Assembly (NCBI GenBank): GCA_028287805.1
Contig: JAQBOY010000005.1
Coordinates: 1 to 63,046, forward strand
Direction of reading: 5' to 3'
DNA: 63,046 nt
DNA from: Mucilaginibacter sp.
GTDB taxonomy: Bacteria > Bacteroidota > Bacteroidia > Sphingobacteriales > Sphingobacteriaceae
Each line of letters opens with the position of its first letter. Positions within the stretch are counted from its first letter, which is position 1. The translations under genes and the position numbers were made by a program. Positions 49,881-59,243 of the stretch are shown here, in pieces. Under the pieces are notes generated by a model. The model made no database searches. It was given only the letters and a program-made list of their open reading frames with translations, and was not told where the DNA came from.

Positions 49881-52355
49881 ATGAAGTTTAGGCATTCAGT
49901 TACTTTCATATTGTTTCTAGTGAGCGGGTTGTTTGCTCCCAAATTGTCAGCCCAAACAATCAACACAGATCTGCTGATTATTGGTGGGGGAGCAAGTGGT
50001 ACTACTGCTGCTATACAAGCCTCAAGGATGGGGGTGAAAACACTGATTGTTGAAGAAACAGAATGGCTCGGAGGGATGCTTACATCTGGAGGAGTATCTG
50101 CAATTGATGGCAATCACAACATGCCTTCCGGTATATGGGGAGAGTTTAGGCAGAAATTATATGACTATTACGGAGGCCCTAAAGCAGTTGAAACGGGTTG
50201 GGTAAGCAATACGTTGTTCGAGCCCTCAGTAGGTAATAAAATACTTAAGGAGATGGCCCAAAATGATAGTCTATTGATCTTGTATAAAACTGTTTGGAAA
50301 GAAGTAAAAAAGAAAGATGGCCTTTGGAAGGTGACAGTAATTACAGGCGGTAAAAAGCGTGTAATAAATGCAAAACTCTTAATAGATGCTACAGAACTTG
50401 GAGATGTAATGGCTATTGCAGGCGTACTTTATTCTATTGGTATGGATAGCCGTAATGATACAGGGGAGGAGTTTGCTCCAGAAAAAGCTAATAATATTAT
50501 ACAGGATCTTACCTATGTGATTACCTTAACGGATTTCGGAAAGGGGAGTGAGAAAACTATTCCAAAACCAGAAGGATATAACTCAGCTGAATTTAAATGC
50601 AGTTGCGATATTGCAGATCCGGCTGGCAATGGCAGTCCAGATAATAATTGCTATAAAATGTTGCAGTATGCCCGTTTACCAGGCAATAAATACATGATTA
50701 ACTGGCCAAAATGCGGTAATGATTTTTATCTAAATATTATTGAAAATACGCCTATAGAAAGAACGGCTGCTTTGAAAGAGGCCAAATTGCATACCTTAAG
50801 GTTTCTTTATTACCTGCAAACAGAACTAGGTTTTAAAAATCTAGGGATAGCGGATGGTGAATATCCTACTTCAGATAATTTACCGATGTATCCTTATTAC
50901 CGTGAATCTCGCAGGGTGAAGGGTTTGGTAAATTTAACGCTAAATCATGTTGCTAAACCTTATGAGCAAAAGGAGGCATTTTACCGTACAGGAATTGCAG
51001 TAGGTGATTATCCGATAGACCATCATCATTTAAAAAATGCAACAGCACCTGCCATAGATTTCGTGAAGATAAAGGTACCGTCTTATAATATCCCGTTAGG
51101 CTCATTAATACCTGCAGGCATTAGCGATCTTATTGTAGCTGAAAAGAGTATTAGTGTAAGCAATATTGTGAATGGGACTACTCGTTTGCAGCCCGTGGTA
51201 CTTTCTATTGGACAGGCAGCAGGTGCTTTAGCTGCTGTAGCAATTAAAAATAATATTCAGCCTTCAGAGGTAAATATTAGGGAAGTGCAGCAGGCCTTAT
51301 TAGATGCTCATGGATACCTAATGCCTTTTATTGATATTAAACCTGATGATAAAGACTTTCAACCCATACAAAGAATAGGGGCTACCGGTATTTTAAAAGG
51401 AACAGGTATTCCTTTTAAATGGGCTAATCAAACATGGTTTTATCCAGACCGGGTAATAAGTGAGTATGAATTGTTAACAGAATTTAAAAGTTATTACCCA
51501 CAACTCAATACTATACCGGCTTCGGGTAGTCCTTTAACGCTTCAGTTCCTTTCAGAAATATTATCAGCGATTAACAGCAATATAAGCTTCAGCAGTATAG
51601 CCGCAAACTGGGCAAAACTAAACCAAAATGGAGTGGCTAACCCCGACTTGGTTCTTAACAGGAGGCAGGTAGCGGTATTGATTGACCATTATTTAAAACC
51701 CTTCAATAGCCAGATAGATTTTAAAGGTGCCTTAAAGGAAAATAGGGTTGTAGATAGTAGTTACGCCAATGGATATTATCTGAAACAACGGGCGGCATTA
51801 AAAAATCTTCCCGCTAGGAAAAACCAAATTGTTTTTCTGGGAAATAGCATTACTGAGCAAGGCCAATGGCAGAAATTGCTACCCCAAAAACAGGTATTGA
51901 ACATGGGGATCAGTGGGGATGTATCGTTTGGCATTCTTTCAAGATTGGATGAAGTACTTGCTTTTAAGCCTTCCAAAATATTTCTAATGATGGGAATTAA
52001 TGATTTAAAAAGAGGTATTCCGGCAGAGCTAATTACAGCTAATTATATCAAATTTATAACGCGTATTAAAAGTGCTTCGCCCGGAACCAAAGTTTTTATC
52101 CAGAGTGTTCTGCCACTAAATATTTCTATCCTGCCTGCATCTTATTATAAATTAAGTAATGAAAAGGTAAATGCATTAAATGAACAATTAAAGGCCTTGT
52201 GCAAGCAATATAAGCTTACCTATGTTAATCTGCATGAGGTATTTGCTGACGGAAATGATGAACTGAAAAAAGAACTTAGCATCGACGGCTTACACCTGAA
52301 ACCCGCTGCCTATGTTTTATGGGTGGATTACCTGAAAAAGATAAATGCTTTATAA
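49881..52355 (+). CDS. FAD-dependent oxidoreductase (PF12831-like) fused to C-terminal GDSL esterase
   Basis: IIGGGASG..AA, LGG..TSGGV, IDATE.GD, YYRESRR, G.YPID.H, GQAAG; then FLGNSIT...GIND...DGLH. Confidence 0.88.
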   Translation: MKFRHSVTFILFLVSGLFAPKLSAQTINTDLLIIGGGASGTTAAIQASRMGVKTLIVEETEWLGGMLTSGGVSAIDGNHNMPSGIWGEFRQKLYDYYGGPKAVETGWVSNTLFEPSVGNKILKEMAQNDSLLILYKTVWKEVKKKDGLWKVTVITGGKKRVINAKLLIDATELGDVMAIAGVLYSIGMDSRNDTGEEFAPEKANNIIQDLTYVITLTDFGKGSEKTIPKPEGYNSAEFKCSCDIADPAGNGSPDNNCYKMLQYARLPGNKYMINWPKCGNDFYLNIIENTPIERTAALKEAKLHTLRFLYYLQTELGFKNLGIADGEYPTSDNLPMYPYYRESRRVKGLVNLTLNHVAKPYEQKEAFYRTGIAVGDYPIDHHHLKNATAPAIDFVKIKVPSYNIPLGSLIPAGISDLIVAEKSISVSNIVNGTTRLQPVVLSIGQAAGALAAVAIKNNIQPSEVNIREVQQALLDAHGYLMPFIDIKPDDKDFQPIQRIGATGILKGTGIPFKWANQTWFYPDRVISEYELLTEFKSYYPQLNTIPASGSPLTLQFLSEILSAINSNISFSSIAANWAKLNQNGVANPDLVLNRRQVAVLIDHYLKPFNSQIDFKGALKENRVVDSSYANGYYLKQRAALKNLPARKNQIVFLGNSITEQGQWQKLLPQKQVLNMGISGDVSFGILSRLDEVLAFKPSKIFLMMGINDLKRGIPAELITANYIKFITRIKSASPGTKVFIQSVLPLNISILPASYYKLSNEKVNALNEQLKALCKQYKLTYVNLHEVFADGNDELKKELSIDGLHLKPAAYVLWVDYLKKINAL

Positions 52356-52472
52356 ACACAAAGGGGACATGAAAATAAATTGCAAGAAGCATGATACATT
52401 GCTCCAAACTATTATCAGCAAATATAAAGGGGACATGGAAGTCAATACTAAATATTTATTACACTATACTTC

Positions 52473-53405
52473 ATGAAAATAACAGGAACCTTTCTTGACG
52501 AAATATCGCATGATATTCCTCACCAAAATTGGGGAAGAGTGGAGTGGGATCGGGATTTTGCCTATATGAGGAATATTGGTATTGATACTGTTATTCTTAT
52601 TAGAAGCGGATACCGACGTTTTATTACCTATCCATCCCAATATCTTCAAAATAATTTTGGTTGTTATAAACCTCCGGTAGATCTGGTTGAGATGTACCTG
52701 GAACTGGCGGAAAAATACGGAATGAAATTTTATTTCGGTTTGTATGATAGCGGTCATTATTGGGATACTGGTAATCTTTCGCAGGAGATTGATTCAAACC
52801 GTTTTGTAATTGATGAAGTGTACCAGCGATACGGTCATTTTAAAAGTTTTAGTGGATGGTACCTGAGTATGGAGATAAGTCGCAGAACAAAAGGTGCTGC
52901 CGGTGCTTTCAAAACATTAGGGTTACAGTGCAAAGAAGTAAGCAATGGTTTACCAACATTAATATCTCCCTGGATTGACGGAAAAAAGGCAGTTATGGCT
53001 GCATCCACTCAATTAACTAAAGAAGAGGCCGTGTCTTTAGGTGAGCATGAAAAAGAATGGAGCGAAATTTTTGATGAAATAAGCGGAGCTGTAGATGCTG
53101 TAGCTTTTCAGGATGGACATATTGATTTTCATGAATTGCCTGATTTTTTTGAAGTAAATAAAAAAATGGCAGATAAATATGGATTACAGTGTTGGACCAA
53201 TGCCGAATCCTTTGACAGGGATATGCCGATAAAATTTTTGCCGATAAAATTTGAAAAATTGAAATTGAAATTAGAGGCTGCTGGTAAAGCCGGGTATGAA
53301 AAAGCGATCACTTTTGAGTTCTCTCATTTTATGAGCCCACAATCGGCCTACCTGCAGGCAGGTCATTTATATAATCGGTATAAGGAATATTTTCAAATAT
53401 CCTGA
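52473..53405 (+). CDS. DUF4434-like protein (predicted TIM-barrel glycosidase), no signal peptide
   Basis: MKITGTFLDEISHDIPHQNWG, GWYLS.E, AFQDG, W.N.ESF motifs. Confidence 0.75.
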   Translation: MKITGTFLDEISHDIPHQNWGRVEWDRDFAYMRNIGIDTVILIRSGYRRFITYPSQYLQNNFGCYKPPVDLVEMYLELAEKYGMKFYFGLYDSGHYWDTGNLSQEIDSNRFVIDEVYQRYGHFKSFSGWYLSMEISRRTKGAAGAFKTLGLQCKEVSNGLPTLISPWIDGKKAVMAASTQLTKEEAVSLGEHEKEWSEIFDEISGAVDAVAFQDGHIDFHELPDFFEVNKKMADKYGLQCWTNAESFDRDMPIKFLPIKFEKLKLKLEAAGKAGYEKAITFEFSHFMSPQSAYLQAGHLYNRYKEYFQIS

Positions 53406-53500
53406 AAAAAATAAGATGAGACCTCCCTGAGCCACCGCTCTAAAACAGCAATAAATAAGTCTTGAGAAGCTTCATCTCCATTAAAAAAACAACTAAGTAG

Positions 53501-54703
53501 ATGATAAATTATAGTACTATTTACAAAGAGGAATTGCTTCAAAACATCATTCCTTTCTGGATGAAGAATTCAATAGATACTGAAGCAGGCGGGTATTTTA
53601 CATGTCTGGACCGCACTGGTAAAGTATTTGACACTGATAAATTTATTTGGTTACAGGGACGACAAGTCTGGATGTTTGCCTCCTTGTACAATAATGTAGA
53701 AGCAAAGCCAGAATGGTTGGAAATGAGCGAACATGGAGCTGATTTTTTGAAGAAATATGGTCGCGATAACGAGGGTAACTGGTACTTTTCTTTAAACCGT
53801 AATGGTAAGCCTTTAGTGCAACCCTATAATATTTTCTCAGATTGCTTTGCCGCTATGGGCTTTGGTGCATTATATAAAGCTAATCCTAAAGATGAATATG
53901 CTGAAATAGCCAAAACAACCTTCGAAAATATTTTAAAACGACGTAACAATACCAAGGGAAAATACAGTAAAATTTATCCCGGAACACGAGATCTGAAAAA
54001 CTTTGCTCTTCCAATGATCTTAAGTAACCTGTCGATGGAACTTGAGCATATTTTGGATAAAAATTTAGTGGATACCCTTATTCAAGATGTGATTCATGAG
54101 GTGATGGAAGTATTTTACCAGCCTGATTCGGGATTGATACTTGAAAACGTATATCAGGATGGTAGTTTGTCTGATTCTTTTGAGGGTAGGCTTGTAAATC
54201 CTGGGCACGTTATAGAGGCCATGTGGTTTATTATGGATCTGGGCGTAAGGTTAAATGACAAGGCTCTTATAAACCAAACAATATATATAGCTCTCAGAAC
54301 AATAGAGTATGGTTGGGATGAAATTCATGGCGGACTTTTATATTTCAAAGACATAAAAGGAAAACCTTTGCAACAACTGGAATGGGATCAGAAATTATGG
54401 TGGGTTCATGTGGAAGCTCTGGTATGCATGGCGAAAGCATATCAGCTTACAGGCAATCCGGCATGCCAGTTATGGTTTGAAAAAATCCATAACTATACAT
54501 GGAAACATTTTCGGGATGAACAGTACGGCGAATGGTACGGTTACCTCAATAGAACCGGAGATGTGTTAATATCATCAAAAGGAAACAAATGGAAGGGCTG
54601 TTTCCATATTCCAAGAGGTTTATATCAGGTATGGAATACTTTTGAAAAAGAAGTGATAAAAGATGGGAATAAACCAGTTACACTGCCAATACCGGAGAGC
54701 TAA
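53501..54703 (+). CDS. nanE: N-acylglucosamine 2-epimerase (AGE family)
   Basis: GGYFTCLDR, WLQGRQVW, NPGH.IEAMWF, KLWWVH.E, KWKGCFH.PR. Confidence 0.92.
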   Translation: MINYSTIYKEELLQNIIPFWMKNSIDTEAGGYFTCLDRTGKVFDTDKFIWLQGRQVWMFASLYNNVEAKPEWLEMSEHGADFLKKYGRDNEGNWYFSLNRNGKPLVQPYNIFSDCFAAMGFGALYKANPKDEYAEIAKTTFENILKRRNNTKGKYSKIYPGTRDLKNFALPMILSNLSMELEHILDKNLVDTLIQDVIHEVMEVFYQPDSGLILENVYQDGSLSDSFEGRLVNPGHVIEAMWFIMDLGVRLNDKALINQTIYIALRTIEYGWDEIHGGLLYFKDIKGKPLQQLEWDQKLWWVHVEALVCMAKAYQLTGNPACQLWFEKIHNYTWKHFRDEQYGEWYGYLNRTGDVLISSKGNKWKGCFHIPRGLYQVWNTFEKEVIKDGNKPVTLPIPES

Positions 54704-54773
54704 AGAGCAAGATCCGTCAAGTATTGATGCAATCTTTATAAAAATCAATTTTCTGTTAATTATTTAAACATAT

Positions 54774-56699
54774 ATGTCGAGATTAAACCTGCTTGAAGAG
54801 ACCCGTTTTGAGAAATTGCCTGTAACAGTATATCCTAATTTTAAAATAGCAACTATTACAGTAGCCAAAAGGATTTCTGATCTGATAATAGAAAAGCAAA
54901 AACATGGACTGAAAGCAGTTTTGGGCCTGGCAACCGGATCAACACCTATTGCATTGTATGCCGAGTTGGTGAGGATGCATCAGCAAGAAGGCCTGAGCTT
55001 TGAAAATGTCGTAACCTTCAATCTTGATGAGTATTTCCCTATGGGGCCGGCTTCTGCACAGAGCTATGTTACCTTTATGAAAGAGAATCTTTTCAACCAT
55101 ATTAATATTGATATGGACCATGTTCATATCCCCGACGGAACTTTATCTTTTGATAAGATCGCAGATTTTTGCCTGGAATATGAACAAAAGATCAGGGCCT
55201 ACGGAGGGCTGGATCTTCAAATACTTGGCATAGGCCGAACCGGACATATTGGATTTAATGAACCGGGATCTGCCCCAAATTCAGGAACAAGACTGGTAAC
55301 CCTTGATGATCTTACCCGGCGCGATGCTTCACGCGATTTCGGGGGCAAAGAAAACGTTCCGGTAAAGGCCGTAACTATGGGAATAGGAACCATATTTAAA
55401 GCCAGAGAAATTGTACTGATGGCCTGGAACCAAAACAAGGCGGAGATAGTTAAAAAAGCGGTAGAAGGAGAGTTGTCCGGCGATGTCCCAGCTACTTATC
55501 TGCAACTTTCAGAAAATGTAGAATTTATTTTGGATACAGGAGCAGCTTCTGAGCTGACCCGTTTCAAAATACCCTGGCTTGTTAAAGATTGCTTCTGGGA
55601 TGATATGTTAACAAAAAAAGCGGTTGTCTGGTTATCTGAGACCGTTCATAAGCCTGTTCTGAAACTAACAGAAGAAGATTATAATACACACGGAATGGCC
55701 CAACTGGTAATAGAGCGTGGCCCGGTGTATAATATTAATATTGACATCTTTAATAAATTACAGCATACCATTACGGGATGGCCTGGCGGTAAACCAAACG
55801 CTGATGATTCGCAAAGACCCGAGCGTGCAGTACCCGCACAAAAGCAGACGTTAATTTTTTCACCGCATCCGGATGATGATGTAATTTCTATGGGCGGGAC
55901 TTTCATCAGGCTTGTAGACCAGGGTCATGATGTGCATGTTGCTTATCAGACATCAGGAAACACCGCTGTTTGGGATGATGATGTACTGCGCTATATAGAA
56001 TTTGCGGTAGACTTTAACCAAAGCCTGGGTAGTACAAACAAAAAAATGCAAATTGTTTACGAGCAAGCGCGAAAGTTTATTGAAGGGAAACTGCCTAATC
56101 AGGTGGATACTCCCGAAATAAGGGATGTGAAAGCATTTATCAGGAAAAGCGAAGCAATTGCCGGAGCACGCTATGCGGGGTTAAAAGATGAAAATATTCA
56201 TTTTATGAATCTCCCGTTTTATGAAACCGGTAAAATTAAAAAAGATCCCGGTTCTGAATTAGATATTCAGTTAACTATAGACTTGTTACAACAAGTGAAA
56301 CCACATCAGATCTTTGCCGCTGGTGATTTTGCAGATCCTCACGGAACCCATATTGTGTGCTTTAAGATCGTCATAGCAGCAATGGAAAAGCTTCGTAAAA
56401 CCGAAGCCTGGGCAAAAGAATGTTGGTTATGGATGTACCGCGGAGCATGGCATGAATTTGAAACGCATGAAATTGAAATGGCCGTGCCACTATCGCCACT
56501 TGAAGTAGAAAGAAAGCGCAATGCGATTTTTAAGCACCAATCGCAAAAAGACCGGCCGGTTTTTCCCGGAGACGATGCCAGGGAATTCTGGATGCGTGCG
56601 GACCAGCGTAATCGCGAAACCGCTGAAGCCTATGATAAGTTAGGACTGGCAAATTATGAGGCAATGGAGGCATTTGTGAAATGGAAATTTCTTAATTAA
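54774..56699 (+). CDS. nagB: Glucosamine-6-phosphate deaminase, long Bacteroidota form with PIG-L-like C-terminal domain
   Basis: LGLATGSTP, TFNLDEY, LGIGRTGHIGFNEPG; FSPHPDDD, DPHGTH. Confidence 0.95.
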   Translation: MSRLNLLEETRFEKLPVTVYPNFKIATITVAKRISDLIIEKQKHGLKAVLGLATGSTPIALYAELVRMHQQEGLSFENVVTFNLDEYFPMGPASAQSYVTFMKENLFNHINIDMDHVHIPDGTLSFDKIADFCLEYEQKIRAYGGLDLQILGIGRTGHIGFNEPGSAPNSGTRLVTLDDLTRRDASRDFGGKENVPVKAVTMGIGTIFKAREIVLMAWNQNKAEIVKKAVEGELSGDVPATYLQLSENVEFILDTGAASELTRFKIPWLVKDCFWDDMLTKKAVVWLSETVHKPVLKLTEEDYNTHGMAQLVIERGPVYNINIDIFNKLQHTITGWPGGKPNADDSQRPERAVPAQKQTLIFSPHPDDDVISMGGTFIRLVDQGHDVHVAYQTSGNTAVWDDDVLRYIEFAVDFNQSLGSTNKKMQIVYEQARKFIEGKLPNQVDTPEIRDVKAFIRKSEAIAGARYAGLKDENIHFMNLPFYETGKIKKDPGSELDIQLTIDLLQQVKPHQIFAAGDFADPHGTHIVCFKIVIAAMEKLRKTEAWAKECWLWMYRGAWHEFETHEIEMAVPLSPLEVERKRNAIFKHQSQKDRPVFPGDDAREFWMRADQRNRETAEAYDKLGLANYEAMEAFVKWKFLN

Positions 56700-56811
56700 T
56701 ACAGTTTGGTGCACCTGTAAGCTGTGCTTACTACTCTTAACAAGGGCAGAACAATTTGGCTTTCACTTTACAAATGCTAACGTGTGAATTATTTTTATTT
56801 TGTCTGATTGT

Positions 56812-56889
56812 AATTATAATGCCAAATCAGCGATTAAACGTAAATCAGACAAGGAAATAGTTCGAGATTTGTACAGTAGCCACCACAAA
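56812..56889 (+). repeat. att-like junction J3 (core ACCACAA 56882-56888)
   Basis: Near-identical to 27922-27998, last 38 bp identical; diverges immediately after the core. Confidence 0.92.
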
Positions 56890-56944
56890 ATTGACCACAT
56901 GGTCTTTTTATTCGCAAACTTTATTGCAGAATAAAACTACCTAA

Positions 56945-56977
56945 AAAAGGCCTTCAGGTAGTTTCTGAAGGCCTTTT
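56945..56977. terminator. Bidirectional terminator
   Basis: 13-bp perfect stem AAAAGGCCTTCAG/CTGAAGGCCTTTT. Confidence 0.8.
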
Positions 56978-57234
56978 GATTTCCTGATTATTTAATTGAT
57001 CCAATAAATGTCAAGTTTATTAAAAATGCCCATGTGGTTTTTTTGTAGTAATTAAATAATTGTACTACCTTAACTAAGTATTATTTCGTATTTAAGCCGG
57101 TTTGCAGGAACATTTAGCGTAGTTTGGGGGGATGCCAGAGGAACGTCTTGCTGCTTTATTCATCCGGGCGGCATGGTTCACTGACAAACGTCCTGTACCA
57201 AATGCTCCGACTGATTACCAGTACCCGGTCTTTG

Positions 57235-58671
57235 TCAACTGGATTTATACTTCTTCATCAGCATCGCCAATTTCTCTAAGTACCAATCTATTTTAGTAGT
57301 CCATATCAGGCAATAATTGATCCGGATATAATTCTTATATTGAGACGAAGTGGAAAATATCTGACCAGGGAATATGCCGATACCTTCCTGAAGTGCCCGG
57401 CGGTGCAGTTCCGAGGCATTAATAGTTGCCGGGAGTTCCAACCAGATACTGAATCCTCCTTTAGGCGCGGCGATTCTAACCTCATCCGGAAAATGACGAT
57501 TGATCGAACCCATATAACGGGCCAGGTTTTGTTGTAAGGCCGTTTTCATATTTTTCACATGCGCATTGTACAATCCTGTTTCTAAATACCGGCCAATTGC
57601 ATCCTGTAAAATACCATTGGTGAAAAAATTGGAAATATATTTCAGCCGTTTGATCTGCTCATGATAGCGCCCGCCGGAAACCCAGCCGATTCGGAACCCC
57701 GAACCTAATGTTTTAGAAAAGGAGGTACAATACAGCACATTGTTAGTCGTATCATAGGCTTTGGCCGGCAGCGGACGGGGATGGCTAAAACTCAGGTCAC
57801 CTAAAGCATCGTCCTCGATAAGCGGAATATGGTGCTGACTTAACAATTCTACCAGGCGAATGATATTTTCCCTCGGCATCGCACAGCCTATTGGCGAATT
57901 GCATATCGTGGTGAGTACACAGGCAGCAACTTGATGCTGTTCAATGGCCAATGCTAATTGGGCAAGGTCCAGGCCGGTATCCGGGTGCAGCGTAATTTCA
58001 AGGGCCAGTAGGTTCAGGCGCTCCAGGATTTGAAGAATACCATAAGGAGTAGGTGATTCCACTAAAATGATATCGCCAGGTTTGGCAACAGCATCGAGGC
58101 AAAGATTAATAGCTTCTATACAGCCATTGGTTACCAATACCTCATCTGTGGCTAAACCAGTTCCCCAATCAAAAGTTTGCCGCACAATTTGTTTAACCAG
58201 CCGGGGATGGCCTTCGATCAGCGGATATTGAAAGCTGTCGCTCGTTGGATCTTTCAGGGTGTCACGCAGGGCCTTACTCATGCGGGAAATAGGCAACAGC
58301 TCATTAACCGGCGCAACAATTGCAAAATTAATCGCGCCGAATTCCCTCATGTTCTTCAACATATTGGCGATCATGGTATTTAAGGTTACCTGGCTGGGAA
58401 GCGGAATATATTTTCCAGCCGGTTTTTGGATCAGGGTGTTTTTTGCAGCAGCGTTAACAAAGTAACCGGACCTGGGGCGGGAAATGATCAACCCTTTGGC
58501 TTCTAACAAATGATAGGCCTGAAATACCGTTGCCAGGCTGACCTGAAGGTCTTTACTCACCTGCCGGACAGAAGGTATACGGTCACCGGCATTAAGGTTC
58601 AGGTTTTTAATGATGCTTGCCACCTTGGCAGCAACTTCCTCATAACGAAACAATGCATGTTCATTTTTCAT
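57235..58671 (-). CDS. MocR-type (GntR HTH + PLP aminotransferase-like) regulator
   Basis: GDRIPSVR...T..QAY..LE..G....PRSGYFV; ESP, IEDD, SFSKTL..GFRIGW; ATG at 58671 preferred. Confidence 0.93.
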   Translation of the reverse strand: MKNEHALFRYEEVAAKVASIIKNLNLNAGDRIPSVRQVSKDLQVSLATVFQAYHLLEAKGLIISRPRSGYFVNAAAKNTLIQKPAGKYIPLPSQVTLNTMIANMLKNMREFGAINFAIVAPVNELLPISRMSKALRDTLKDPTSDSFQYPLIEGHPRLVKQIVRQTFDWGTGLATDEVLVTNGCIEAINLCLDAVAKPGDIILVESPTPYGILQILERLNLLALEITLHPDTGLDLAQLALAIEQHQVAACVLTTICNSPIGCAMPRENIIRLVELLSQHHIPLIEDDALGDLSFSHPRPLPAKAYDTTNNVLYCTSFSKTLGSGFRIGWVSGGRYHEQIKRLKYISNFFTNGILQDAIGRYLETGLYNAHVKNMKTALQQNLARYMGSINRHFPDEVRIAAPKGGFSIWLELPATINASELHRRALQEGIGIFPGQIFSTSSQYKNYIRINYCLIWTTKIDWYLEKLAMLMKKYKSS

Positions 58672-58690
58672 AACCGAAACAAAAGTAAGT

Positions 58691-58754
58691 AACTGATCTG
58701 GTTTTTTAATTAAAAACTGCATCTGTTTTAGCGTACAGGTATCATCTAATTTTG
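58691..58754. promoter_or_regulatory. Putative MocR direct-repeat operator and -7 element
   Basis: AACTGATCTG (58691) and AACTGCATCTG (58715) direct repeats; TAATTTTG at 58747-58754. Confidence 0.55.
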
Positions 58755-58768
58755 TGCAGGAAATAAAC

Positions 58769-59242
58769 ATGAAAAATCAATTGACTTTATTGCACTTTGA
58801 TAACCCGGAAGATCTGCTTGCGGGTATTGATGCGCTTCAACAGCATCACATCGTTATTCAGGAAGTCTATTCTGCAAAACCAGTCCCTGGCATGGAAGCC
58901 AAACTAAACAGGCAGCAATTGCGGCTCGGCGAGATGGTCCTCAGATTTGGCTGTCTGGGCGGTATGGTATTCGTCTCTTTGATTTTTTACTTAATGCAGC
59001 CGGAGGTGAATTGGAAATCAGCGCTGCTGAACACCGTTTTGTTATTAGTTACCTTGTTCCTTGCAGGCTGTTTGACTCCGGTTAAAGCACCCAGGTGTTT
59101 TAACCTGCAACCGGGCGACAGGCGTTACCTGGCCGTGGTTGATACCCAGCGTATACCAGTTGAAGAATCTATCGCTCATCTGTTTCAATATGCCGGCGCA
59201 GTTGATTTCAATTCAACTATAAAAAATATCGTGATCTCTTAA
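58769..59242 (+). CDS. ActD-like (DUF3341) membrane protein, shortened
   Basis: FD.PEDLL.....L......I.EVYS..PV.G.E..L N-terminus, two TM helices; ATG at 58769. Confidence 0.65.
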   Translation: MKNQLTLLHFDNPEDLLAGIDALQQHHIVIQEVYSAKPVPGMEAKLNRQQLRLGEMVLRFGCLGGMVFVSLIFYLMQPEVNWKSALLNTVLLLVTLFLAGCLTPVKAPRCFNLQPGDRRYLAVVDTQRIPVEESIAHLFQYAGAVDFNSTIKNIVIS

Positions 59243-59243
59243 T

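Larger units (their letters stand above)
27991..56888. mobile_element. Putative non-autonomous integrated cargo element B (PUL cargo)
   Basis: Bounded by ACCACAA cores; both ends homologous to element A; no integrase seen. Confidence 0.6.

Noticed and set aside
42505-56699. Classical sialic acid (nan) utilisation locus
   Set aside because: No GH33 sialidase or N-acetylneuraminate lyase recognisable in the window
557-56889. CRISPR array or IS terminal repeats
   Set aside because: The repeats are direct, tens of kb apart, with no spacers, cas genes or transposase
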